NCBI GenBank assembly: GCA_963837465.1
Contig: CAWINB010000004.1
Location: forward strand, 330,853-394,852
DNA length: 64,000 bases
Reading direction: 5' to 3'
Origin: Candidatus Doudnabacteria bacterium
GTDB lineage: Bacteria; Patescibacteriota; Doudnabacteria; UBA920
In this document: in pieces, positions 30,663 to 39,632 of the stretch
Layout of the letters: every line of letters begins with the position of its first letter
Numbering within the stretch: the first letter of the stretch is position 1
Program-made: the position numbers and the translations under genes
Notes under the pieces: model-generated
Told to the model about the DNA's origin: nothing
Databases searched by the model: none
Seen by the model: the letters and a program-made list of their open reading frames with translations, nothing else

Positions 30663-30673
30663 GGGGGGGGGGG
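30663..30673. repeat. G11 homopolymer between the avd and RT starts
   Basis: ttgggggggggggttg, counted as 11 G. Confidence 0.9.
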
Positions 30674-30703
30674 TTGTTAAAAGTCATTTTTATAAGTTTA
30701 ATT

Positions 30704-31717
30704 ATGAAAACGCAATTAAAAATAAGTTACGAGGAAATCATTTCACTCGAAAATTTGTTTGCCGCCTGGCAGGAGTTTTTGCCGGGCAAGAGAAAAAAGA
30801 AAGACGTGCAGGAATTTGGCCTTAGGCTTGCTGATAACATTTTACAGCTTCAGGAGGAACTTGCCAATTTTAGCTATATCCACGGCCCATACAAGGCCTT
30901 TAACATTTCTGACCCCAAGCCGAGGAATATCCATAAGGCAAGCGTTCGGGACAGAGTTTTACATCACGCCATTTACCGCAAACTATATCCGTTTTTCGAC
31001 AAAACTTTTATCGGCAGTTCGTATTCCTGCCGTTTGGACAAAGGAGTTCACAAGGCTTTGAATAAGTTTAGGGCATTGGCGTTTAAAGCAAGTAAAAATC
31101 ATACGCAAACAGCTTGGGTGCTCAAGTGTGATATTAAAAAGTTTTTCGCCAGCATTGACCATGCAAAACTGCTGAAAATTTTATCAGCTTACGTTCCCGA
31201 TAAAAATATTCTTTGGGTTTTAGAGCGAATTATTTATAGCTTTGATTATAAGGTAGCAGGCCGCGGCCTCCCGCTTGGCAACCTGACCTCCCAATTATTT
31301 TGCAACGTATATATGAACGAATTTGACCAATTCATAAAACACAAACTCAAGGCCAAATATTATATCCGTTATGCTGATGATTTTGTTTTTTTATCGGGTA
31401 GCAAGGACGAGCTAATATCCTTAGTTCCTAAAGTAGCCGAGTTTTTAGGAGAGGACTTAAAACTGTCTTTGCATCCGGATAAAGTTTTTATAAAGACCTT
31501 GGCCTCGGGCGTGGACTTCCTGGGCTGGGTGCATTTCCCTCATTACCGGGTTCTAAGAAAAAATACCGGCAGAAGAATGTTCAAACGAATTTACGGCCAT
31601 CCAACAAATGAAACATTCCAGTCATATTTAGGGTTAATGAGCCACGGAAATACTTACGGGCTTAAACAAAAATTGTTGAATTGGTATGGGTTACTTAAAA
31701 CAGCACAGCAGGAATAG
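30704..31717 (+). CDS. DGR-type reverse transcriptase
   Basis: RT motifs including LPLGNLTSQLFCNVYMNEFD (the DGR-typical GxxxSQ) and YADDFVF. 337 aa from the ATG at 30704. Confidence 0.9.
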   Translation: MKTQLKISYEEIISLENLFAAWQEFLPGKRKKKDVQEFGLRLADNILQLQEELANFSYIHGPYKAFNISDPKPRNIHKASVRDRVLHHAIYRKLYPFFDKTFIGSSYSCRLDKGVHKALNKFRALAFKASKNHTQTAWVLKCDIKKFFASIDHAKLLKILSAYVPDKNILWVLERIIYSFDYKVAGRGLPLGNLTSQLFCNVYMNEFDQFIKHKLKAKYYIRYADDFVFLSGSKDELISLVPKVAEFLGEDLKLSLHPDKVFIKTLASGVDFLGWVHFPHYRVLRKNTGRRMFKRIYGHPTNETFQSYLGLMSHGNTYGLKQKLLNWYGLLKTAQQE

Positions 31718-31786
31718 AAAAGGCCACGTTGCTGGAACGTGGCCCCCGTCTTAATGTGACGACGGATTGAGTGGCTGCTTGCGGGA

Positions 31787-32242
31787 TTACCGACTGACGT
31801 AGGCGAACTGGCCTTCCTGCACCGGCTTGCGTTCGGTAGCGCCGACCAGCGAAGCGACAGTCATGCGCATACCCACCGGCAGATTTTGGAGGAGTGTGGC
31901 ATGGCCGCCTTTGAAGCGGATTGCATCGCGGTAGTTGTTGACCCGCTCGCTGAGCTGATCGAACGTCGCTTCCTGCGGTTTTCCATTGCCTTTGTTGAGA
32001 TTCAACTTGGCTCCGGGTGGAACGCAGATGGCGCAGACAACGGGCGGGTTATTGCTGGTGACAGCTTGTTTGATTTTAGCCACCACACCCGTTTCATTAC
32101 GAACCGACTGCCACGCCTGAAAGGCGTTTAAGTCAGCTACGGAGGCCAGACCGATTGTGCCTGTGCCGAAGCGGTGAGTAACGAGTTCCTCACCCTCTTG
32201 AGCCAGACGGTTATTGACTCCCATCAAGGAGTAGTCGCACAT
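31787..32242 (-). CDS. Hypothetical protein in a G+C-rich patch
   Basis: I prefer the start at MCDYSLMG, which has agaggg 9 nt upstream. Composition is visibly more G+C-rich than the surroundings. Confidence 0.45.
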   Translation of the reverse strand: MCDYSLMGVNNRLAQEGEELVTHRFGTGTIGLASVADLNAFQAWQSVRNETGVVAKIKQAVTSNNPPVVCAICVPPGAKLNLNKGNGKPQEATFDQLSERVNNYRDAIRFKGGHATLLQNLPVGMRMTVASLVGATERKPVQEGQFAYVSR

Positions 32243-32549
32243 AGGGTTAAACCCTCTTTCCAATTGGATTTTCAAGGTCATGACAGCACCATGAATTATC
32301 CAAATCATAAACGAACAGAGAGAGAGAGAGTCAATAGAGGATTTTTTATGCAAGGTCGCTAAAAAAATTGATTTTTGCTAAAATATAGTAAACACTACGG
32401 GTCGATTTATAAAAAATTTATGCCGGACTATAATCACCTGCTTGTAACAACCCAAGCTAAAAGCAAAAGGCCAAAATGGTGGTGGATAGTAATTGTTATT
32501 TTTGCAGTTTTGATAGTAATTGTGCTATTAAAAAAATAATTTTATAACT

Positions 32550-33200
32550 ATGGAAACTGAAACCCGTTCTACCCCCCCCCATACCTCTTCCGAGAACCCA
32601 GACACTTGGGTCAAAGACACCACCCAAGCTATGAGGAAGCCTGGCGGCAGGGACTTGGCCGACTACAAGGAATTTTTAGGATTTACCGAAAATGAGCTTG
32701 CAGGCAAGACAATTTTAGATTTGGGTTCGGGTTCAAAAGAAAAATTATCACGCCAGCTAAAGGAAGCCGGCGTTGTTGCTAATGTAGTTAGTCTGAACCC
32801 GGATTATACCATTCCTAAGTATAGGCGCATTATAAACAACGAGGAAGACTGGCAGAAAAAATCCGTAGCCGCCTTAGCCCAAAGCCTGCCTTTTAAGGAT
32901 GGCAGCTTTGACAGTGTTTTATCTTTGGAAGCCATAACGATGTATGAGGATGCTTTTGAAAAACCGGACAGTGCCAAAAAATGGGCGGCAGAAATAGCAA
33001 GGGTCTTAAAACCCGGCGGCGAAGCAAGGCTGGGAGAAATTTTGGGTTTCAAAGGTGAACTAAAGCAACAGGCTTGGCAGGAGCTGGTTAGGCTTTTTGC
33101 GGATTTAGGCGTAGAGGCAAGAATTGAGCAATTTAAAATCAGGGAAACAAACCCGATGCCGAGATTTAGGTTGGTTCTGAAAAAATCTTTAATCCAATAA
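32550..33200 (+). CDS. Class I SAM-dependent methyltransferase with a C9 tract in codons 8-10
   Basis: ILDLGSGSKE (motif I), FDSVLS, LKPGGEARL. The C9 run is at 32572-32580. Confidence 0.65.
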   Translation: METETRSTPPHTSSENPDTWVKDTTQAMRKPGGRDLADYKEFLGFTENELAGKTILDLGSGSKEKLSRQLKEAGVVANVVSLNPDYTIPKYRRIINNEEDWQKKSVAALAQSLPFKDGSFDSVLSLEAITMYEDAFEKPDSAKKWAAEIARVLKPGGEARLGEILGFKGELKQQAWQELVRLFADLGVEARIEQFKIRETNPMPRFRLVLKKSLIQ

Positions 33201-33222
33201 TTAACCATTAACCTTTTTATTT

Positions 33223-33657
33223 ATGACAGAAATCAAAAGAAATTTTGAGGATGAACCCACTCGCCAAGAGCGTGATCCTCAACATTTAGAAGTAAAGCGT
33301 TTGTTTGAATCCTTAGCAGCCCAACACGGCACTGGGATTATGCTTAAGTATATTGAAAGTGTTACCGATGTTGCTCCCAAAGTGGCGTCCGAATGGTTTG
33401 AAGGTCATCGTCATCCCAGCTCAGGTATTCGCAAGGCTATCCTTAACTGCTTGCGGAATTTTAAGCATGAAGATTTACCCAAGCAACCGGAACATATAAA
33501 AGCTCCGCTGGCTACCAGTCAGCCAAAAGAAAATAAACAAATTCCAACAAGACAGCCAAGGCCGCAGGAGCAGAAAAAACAGGAAACCATTGCAAAAAAT
33601 GAAGCTGAGCTTAAAGCCATAATGGATAGGGCAAGGGAAAAGGGGCAAATAACTTAG
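33223..33657 (+). CDS. Hypothetical protein
   Basis: 144-aa ORF with a charged, low-complexity C-terminus. Confidence 0.35.
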   Translation: MTEIKRNFEDEPTRQERDPQHLEVKRLFESLAAQHGTGIMLKYIESVTDVAPKVASEWFEGHRHPSSGIRKAILNCLRNFKHEDLPKQPEHIKAPLATSQPKENKQIPTRQPRPQEQKKQETIAKNEAELKAIMDRAREKGQIT

Positions 33658-33725
33658 TTTTTTATAGATTTATTGGTCTTTATATAGGACTTGACAATGT
33701 GGTGTTTACCATATACAATTGAAGT

Positions 33726-34040
33726 ATGGATTTCATATTAAACAATTTTGAGGGTTTTGAGTGGGATGAGGGGAACGAACAAAAGAGCTTTTTGAAACAT
33801 GGCATTACGCCATTGGAAGCGGAAGAAGCATTTTTTAACCCCAATTTTATATCAGCTGATCCTGTCCATAGCCAGAGCGAAAAGCGTTACCGCTTATTGG
33901 GCAGAACTAACAGTAGTAAAGTTTTAATAATAGCTTTTACAATAAGAAGTAACAAAGCGAGAGTTATCTCTTCGCGATTAGCCAATAAAAAAGAAAGGAC
34001 ATTATATGACCAAGCAGTTAAAGCCAATTCCCAAATTTAA
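33726..34040 (+). CDS. brnT: BrnT-family (DUF497) toxin
   Basis: FEWDEGNEQKSFLKHGITPLEAEEAF is the BrnT signature. Confidence 0.8.
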   Translation: MDFILNNFEGFEWDEGNEQKSFLKHGITPLEAEEAFFNPNFISADPVHSQSEKRYRLLGRTNSSKVLIIAFTIRSNKARVISSRLANKKERTLYDQAVKANSQI

Positions 34041-34272
34041 GACTGAAGCCGAAGAAGCCAAGTTTTGGAATAGCCACGACTCTACCCAGTATATTGACTG
34101 GTTAAAAGCCCCGCGTGGCGTTTTTCCTAACCTAAAACCATCTTCTCAATCTGTTTCACTTCGCATTCCAGCCAACATATTAGCTCGCATTAAAGTGCAA
34201 GCCAATCAGTTAGACGTGCCTTATCAATCTTTGATGAAGCAGTATATTGCTAACGGTGTAATGAAGAATTAA
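34006..34272 (+). CDS. brnA: BrnA-family antitoxin
   Basis: Overlaps brnT. EEAKFWNSHDSTQYIDW plus a C-terminal ribbon-helix-helix-like segment. Confidence 0.75.
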   Translation: MTKQLKPIPKFKTEAEEAKFWNSHDSTQYIDWLKAPRGVFPNLKPSSQSVSLRIPANILARIKVQANQLDVPYQSLMKQYIANGVMKN

Positions 34273-34277
34273 ATGCA

Positions 34278-34487
34278 ATGGGCAGTATAAGACATATTGA
34301 CGCAGGTCATCCGGATGAGTGGTATAAGGACAGGTTTATGGTCACATTTACCGAGGAAGGTATAATGGATCTGAGGTACCAAGATTGGGTTGGCGGCAGG
34401 ATGGAAGTGTATGTTGTGGGAGAGCAGTATGCAATAGATGAAATTCGGTTTTTTTACCCCAAACACATTAGAATGGATAAACTTTAG
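34278..34487 (+). CDS. Hypothetical protein
   Basis: 69-aa ORF with no recognisable motif. Confidence 0.25.
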   Translation: MGSIRHIDAGHPDEWYKDRFMVTFTEEGIMDLRYQDWVGGRMEVYVVGEQYAIDEIRFFYPKHIRMDKL

Positions 34488-34587
34488 GGAGCAATATGAT
34501 GGCAAGTGGTTAGATAAAACTGCATTTGAAGACGTAGTGGAAACGGTAAAGAAAAGGTTTTACACCAAACCAGAAAGCAGAATTTAA

Positions 34588-34662
34588 CAATTAAATTGAT
34601 CTTTTAAATTTTTAATACAGTAGTAGTTTGTCAGGCAATTTCCGTTTACAACGGCTCAGAAA
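34588..34662 (+). repeat. Right-end repeat R1, copy a
   Basis: Matches 51785-51858 except for a 1-nt indel. Ends ...gcaatttccgtttacaacggctcagaaa immediately before CACCTCC. Confidence 0.85.
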
Positions 34663-34679
34663 CACCTCCTTTCTAAGGA
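34663..34679 (+). repeat. att core copy 2 (cacctcctttctaagga)
   Basis: 17/17 identical to the 16S 3' tail at 17861-17877. Confidence 0.85.
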
Positions 34680-34942
34680 ATAAATATGCAGCCTTAAACT
34701 TTTCGAAGTTTATGTTGTTGCACATTCCAGTGGTCGTCATCTTCTATTTCGATAGAAGGTGCACATACTCTAACGATTGAACGTAAACGAACGGTTTTGT
34801 AAAAGGTAATTCTACCCTTATTTTCGCAAGATTATAAGGAGTCTCAACGCCTTAAATGTTGGGAGTCACTATTTAGCCGTTAAGGGAACTTAACGAAATT
34901 GCAAATAAAAGCCTCGTCATCAGCAATGATAACGAGGTTTTT
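34663..34942 (+). other. 16S tail + trailer + terminator segment, copy S-B
   Basis: Shares ggtcgtc, acgtaaacg, ggttttgta, ggtaattctaccc, gtcactatttagccgtta and gaaattgcaa with S-A. UUCG hairpins at 34696-34711 and 34741-34758. Terminator at 34912-34942. Confidence 0.75.
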
Positions 34943-35929
34943 ATGTATGAGGTTAATTCGGTAGAAAGAGTCGCAAAAGGTGGAATTGCGGCGACAGTCA
35001 GCCCCGCCGCTCCTATCGGCACAAAGATTAGCACTTTGGTGCCGCAATTCTTGGCTTATGGCCAGTATGACCTGTCCTTTGCCGCAGGCACCATAGAGAA
35101 ATACCGCGATAGCCTAAACGTCTTTATGCGGGACGTTGGGGATTTGCCCGTAGAGGAATTAAACTTTGGGCATTTTACTTTGCTGAAACAAAAAATTATG
35201 GAAAGGGGGTCGGGGGTCTCACGCATAGCGGGCGTGGTCTTTGCGATGAAAAGTATGTTAAAGTTTGCTACCGACGTATTGGAGATGCAGATTTTGGATT
35301 ATAAGAAAATCAGAGCGCCGAAGCGGCGCAGGCGGGACGTAGTTTATTTAACCAATGCCGAAATCCAGCAGTTCGTTGACAGCATAAAGTTTGAAAAATG
35401 CTGGACGGGCAATACCCGTAAAAAGGGCATCAGCGTCCACCGCCTGAGGTTTCGGACTTTGGTTGAAGTCTTGCTTGGCACGGGGATGCGTATAAGCGAA
35501 GCATTGTCGCTTACAAGGGATGTTATAAACTTTGAAAAAGGCGAGGCTAAGATAATCGGCAAAGGAAGCAAGGAGCGCACAGTGTTTTTTAACGAACGGG
35601 CTTTGTATTGGATTAAGTTTTATTTGGAACAGAGAAACGACGACAATCCCGTTATATTTTTAAACCGAAAAGGCAAGCCGCTGGACAGGGGCGATGCCGA
35701 TACTTTGTTTAAGCGTTACGCAGAAAGGTCAGGTATAACTAAAAAATTAACGCCGCACATTTTGCGGCACACGATGGCGACGAATCTGCTTTTTAACGGA
35801 TGCCCGATTGGCCATATTAAGGAAATCCTCGGACACGACCGATTAGAGACAACTTGTCGTTATTATTTGGGCTTAGACAAAGATAAAGCTAAAGAAGCCC
35901 ACGGCCAATTTTTAAATTACGAACAATAA
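34943..35929 (+). CDS. Tyrosine recombinase/integrase, class A (copy 2)
   Basis: GMRISEALSL, HILRHTMATNLLFNGCPI, LGHDRLETTCRYY. Confidence 0.9.
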   Translation: MYEVNSVERVAKGGIAATVSPAAPIGTKISTLVPQFLAYGQYDLSFAAGTIEKYRDSLNVFMRDVGDLPVEELNFGHFTLLKQKIMERGSGVSRIAGVVFAMKSMLKFATDVLEMQILDYKKIRAPKRRRRDVVYLTNAEIQQFVDSIKFEKCWTGNTRKKGISVHRLRFRTLVEVLLGTGMRISEALSLTRDVINFEKGEAKIIGKGSKERTVFFNERALYWIKFYLEQRNDDNPVIFLNRKGKPLDRGDADTLFKRYAERSGITKKLTPHILRHTMATNLLFNGCPIGHIKEILGHDRLETTCRYYLGLDKDKAKEAHGQFLNYEQ

Positions 35930-35934
35930 GGCCT

Positions 35935-36690
35935 CTAAACAAGCTGGTGATAAATCGTCGCTGTAATTGTTCCAGCATCAAGCATAACAATAATCTGCTC
36001 GCAAGCATTTTTGAAATCGCCGAAGAAGTCTTCTGCAACTAAAATTAAGTTACCTTTTTGGTCAGAAGATAGATTTTGTTTATTATAGATGCGCTCGGAG
36101 AGAATGATTGTCTGATGTGGCAGAGTATAGTGATTAACACCACACCTGAGTTCTTTATAAAGCCTGTCCTTGTAAGGCTGGTATGATGGCGGAAAGAGTT
36201 TGTCTATGGCATTTTTAAATCTGTTGCCGCTTTCCCTGTCCACAAAAAAAGAATTGCTGGTATCAAGGAATGTTCCCAATAATTCTACCCCAGCCATCAT
36301 CAAACTCCAAGAATAAAACGGGTGCTTCTGAACAATATCTTGGGTTTGGCTTATTAAGTCCTGCAATATTTGTTTTTGAGACATTGCATTCGCAGGCGCT
36401 GGTATGGAGCCTATGGAAAAGCTCTGCGTGCCAGCTGTAGAATGGGCGAGCGCAAAACCTACGGTGGTTCCAGAAGAAGATAGACCAGCCGCTACTGTTG
36501 TTCCGCTAAAACCGCCTATTGGCTGATTTAAAGCAGGTGCTGGTTTATTGGATGTTTGAGTTTCGGGTTCTGTTAAAAATTTGTTTTTTAGTTTGAAATA
36601 AAGAACTATAAGCAGAGCCGCTACCAAAATTGCAAAAACTGTCCATCCAAAAATTAGCACTATAAATTTTATCAGACCCCAGATAATCAT
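35935..36690 (-). CDS. Hypothetical membrane-anchored protein
   Basis: 251 aa with an N-terminal TM helix, a Gly/Ser/Thr-rich linker and a globular C-terminal domain. Confidence 0.45.
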   Translation of the reverse strand: MIIWGLIKFIVLIFGWTVFAILVAALLIVLYFKLKNKFLTEPETQTSNKPAPALNQPIGGFSGTTVAAGLSSSGTTVGFALAHSTAGTQSFSIGSIPAPANAMSQKQILQDLISQTQDIVQKHPFYSWSLMMAGVELLGTFLDTSNSFFVDRESGNRFKNAIDKLFPPSYQPYKDRLYKELRCGVNHYTLPHQTIILSERIYNKQNLSSDQKGNLILVAEDFFGDFKNACEQIIVMLDAGTITATIYHQLV

Positions 36691-36791
36691 ATAATTTAAT
36701 TTGTTTCTTTAATTATACTCGCTTTGCCTATTATTGCCATTGGTTGCGGATAACCCGATAGACATTTTATTTTGAATCCTTTAGAGTCGAG

Positions 36792-37004
36792 TTGAAATTA
36801 AACAACTTGGCTATGAAATTTAAAAATCGGGCAGAAAAAATGGAATGGCTAAAAGCCACAGGGCAGAAGATACAGCAAATGGCGCACGACCGCCGAATCG
36901 CCATTGTGCGGGGCGAGTTTGGCCGAGCCTATGACTTGCTACGTGGTATAAACTTCGCCCGCCGAGAATTTAAGAAAATTAGCGAATCGCTAAGGCCTCA
37001 CTAA
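36792..37004 (+). CDS. Small hypothetical protein
   Basis: 70-aa basic ORF. The start is uncertain. Confidence 0.3.
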   Translation: MKLNNLAMKFKNRAEKMEWLKATGQKIQQMAHDRRIAIVRGEFGRAYDLLRGINFARREFKKISESLRPH

Positions 37005-37187
37005 TAATTATATTTTACCGTCCGTGAGATTAAGCGGGCTGTTCGTAATAGATATAAAAAATTGAGAGAAAAAAAATTGGAAAATTAGTGTCACACCTTT
37101 GATGACCGCAATCGAGTTGTGAGATAAAATTGTAGATACATAAAGAGTATCTATTTTTTTATGTAAATTTAGAAAATTATTTAGGCC

Positions 37188-38048
37188 GTGGAAACGGCCA
37201 GAAAGGTAAGTATGAAAGATTTTAAGATAGTCCCCGATGAATTACAAGACCGCCTTATCAGCGGCGAAATAAATATCAAAAATTGGATGGTGGCAATATG
37301 GATATATGTAAACACCAACCGATTTAATGGTTATTGCGTAACCAGCTATCAGGAAATCGCCAGCATCTTCAAAGGGTTGATAGAAGAAAGTAATGCCAGA
37401 ACCATTTTCCGCAAATTGCGCCACCTGAAAATAATAACATTTAAAAATCATAAGGGAGTGGCGGGCAAGTTTAAAGTTTGGCCGAATAAAATAATAATGT
37501 ATAACAAAAAAATTCAGTTGGTAGTTGGCGAGCAGGGAGAAGTTAAGCGTATAGGTAACGGCGACAAAAAAGATGACGACCTTGACCCACCTTCCGAGCT
37601 AGACCATTCACAGCTTACAGCCGAAATTCACAACCTAAATGATGGCAAAGCCCCTGAACTATTGCCAGAAAGCGACCCTATAAATAGTAGAATTCACAAC
37701 CACCAAGAGAGAGAGTCAGAGTCAGATGAAGATTCATATAACGATACGAACGATGCTTTGCCTGAAGGCAAAGCTCTCTCAATCTACATTGCTATGAAAT
37801 TAGGAGAACCCAATGTCGCCACTATAGAGGCATTAGAAAAACAGTATAGCCCTGAACAAATGCTAGAAGCTTTGGAGTCTACTTTAAGACGGGCAAAAAG
37901 AAAGGGCGGCGATGATGATAGCTATGTGGAAAATCCCGCCGCTTATTTTACCACCACATTAAAGCAGATGAAGAAATTAGAGGAGATGGATAAAACACGT
38001 GATGATTCTTGGATGCTTAATTTTCCTAAAGCCGACAGCAACCAATAA
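37188..38048 (+). CDS. Hypothetical protein, possibly with a winged-helix DNA-binding N-terminus
   Basis: 286 aa. The N-terminal ~110 aa look like a winged helix (YQEIASIF...ARTIFRKLRHLKIITF), followed by an acidic linker and a helical C-terminus. Confidence 0.4.
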   Translation: METARKVSMKDFKIVPDELQDRLISGEINIKNWMVAIWIYVNTNRFNGYCVTSYQEIASIFKGLIEESNARTIFRKLRHLKIITFKNHKGVAGKFKVWPNKIIMYNKKIQLVVGEQGEVKRIGNGDKKDDDLDPPSELDHSQLTAEIHNLNDGKAPELLPESDPINSRIHNHQERESESDEDSYNDTNDALPEGKALSIYIAMKLGEPNVATIEALEKQYSPEQMLEALESTLRRAKRKGGDDDSYVENPAAYFTTTLKQMKKLEEMDKTRDDSWMLNFPKADSNQ

Positions 38049-38258
38049 AGTTTAATTTAATTATTCATTTAGAAAGGAGTAATATGTAACATCCAACATT
38101 TATTAGGGGTTCCCGCCGCTGAAACCCGCACAAATAAAAAAGCCCACCCGTGGAAGGACTAGGCTTTTCAGTGGCAACACATTAACAACTAATTTTCGTT
38201 AACGGCTCTGCCTATTTATATTATAGGCGAGCTGGCGAAAAAAGCAAGAAAGGCCAAA

Positions 38259-38477
38259 ATGCCAAAAACAGCAATAAGTAAAGTATCACCCAACCATAAG
38301 GAACTTCTAAAAAATTATAACCAGCAAAAAGTGGAACTTCATCAAGCGTTGAAACTTTTAATCGTTTGCAGTGATTCCTTAGATTCTGCAATAGATGGGA
38401 TAATAGATGCAACGATGGATGTTCTGGCCAAAGCTGAAGAGGAATGTCGTATGGAGTTCCAAACAGTAAATAAGTAA
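38259..38477 (+). CDS. Small hypothetical protein
   Basis: 72-aa helical ORF. Confidence 0.3.
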   Translation: MPKTAISKVSPNHKELLKNYNQQKVELHQALKLLIVCSDSLDSAIDGIIDATMDVLAKAEEECRMEFQTVNK

Positions 38478-38582
38478 GATTGGTAGTTTTATTCAGAAAT
38501 TTAATAAATAATTTTCGTTTCGCCTCCCGCCCGCATTTCTAATCGGGCGAGAGGCGGCGAAAAAGACTAAGGAAATTATAAA

Positions 38583-39614
38583 ATGCAAAATACAGCAGTA
38601 GCAACTATGAACCCGCCTATGCTGGCGGTTGCAGAAGACTTGTCGCCGATAGAAATTGTCTATTTGGCCACAAGCGAGATTCGGCCTGATAAAAATCAGC
38701 CCCGTAAATCTCTAGACAGTAAGAAAATTAAGGAAATGGCGGAAAGCATTAAGGCCGTTCGGGGGATTATAAATCCCATCGAAGTCGACCAAGACTATAT
38801 TATTGTTACGGGACAGCTCCGCTGGGAAGCCGCTAAGGTGGCGGGGTTAGAAAAAGTGCCGTGCAAAATAATAGAAATCAGCGATGAGGAGCGCTTCCGC
38901 AGGCAAGTAGTGGAAAACTTGCACCACAACGTGATGAGCGATATGGATATTGCTAAAGCATTTGCTAAGATGCTTAACATTCTACCTGGTAGCAGGTTGC
39001 AGGGAAAAGACGCTGGCCTTAGCCGCTTGGCTGAAGATATTGGTAAAAGCGTGGACTACATCAGCCAGCATTTAGACCGATTGGAAGACTCTGGGCGCAT
39101 TCAGGAAGCTTTGAGTTCGGGAAAAATTTCTTTTACCCACGCAAGAGAGACAAAGAAAGTTCCCGCTGGCTTCAGGGAAGCCGTAGAGAAAAAAATGCTG
39201 GCGGGCGAGTTTCCCCATAGCGGTTCCATAGCGGAATTGGCTAAAGGCTTAAAGAGGAATCCAGATAAAGCCGACCAAATTTTGGCATTTAATTTTACGG
39301 AGTTAAAGTCGCCTGAGGAAGTTAAACAGGCAGTATCCAAAATTGCATCTCCTGCGGCGGATGCTTCGGGGGCAGTAGAGGAATTCAATAGAATTATAAA
39401 TGGGCTTATGCACTGGCTTGAAAACACCCCGTCGTCCTATGCCGCTGAACACCCCGAATTGAAAATCAACCAAACGCTAACCAAGCTCGGCAAGGAGATT
39501 AAGAAATGGCTGAAAAATCTGAAAGAATTTCAGGCTCGAGCGGAAGTTAAGGGGCAGACGATGTTGGATATGGATATCCCCGAAATAACAGTAGATGATA
39601 TCCCCGAATTCTAA
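38583..39614 (+). CDS. ParB/Srx-like nuclease-domain protein
   Basis: IRPDKNQPRKSLDSKKIKEMAESIKAVRGIINPIEV...VTGQLRWEAAKVAGLEKVPCKI is the ParB N-terminal domain pattern. Confidence 0.75.
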   Translation: MQNTAVATMNPPMLAVAEDLSPIEIVYLATSEIRPDKNQPRKSLDSKKIKEMAESIKAVRGIINPIEVDQDYIIVTGQLRWEAAKVAGLEKVPCKIIEISDEERFRRQVVENLHHNVMSDMDIAKAFAKMLNILPGSRLQGKDAGLSRLAEDIGKSVDYISQHLDRLEDSGRIQEALSSGKISFTHARETKKVPAGFREAVEKKMLAGEFPHSGSIAELAKGLKRNPDKADQILAFNFTELKSPEEVKQAVSKIASPAADASGAVEEFNRIINGLMHWLENTPSSYAAEHPELKINQTLTKLGKEIKKWLKNLKEFQARAEVKGQTMLDMDIPEITVDDIPEF

Positions 39615-39632
39615 AATTAAAGACATAACCAT

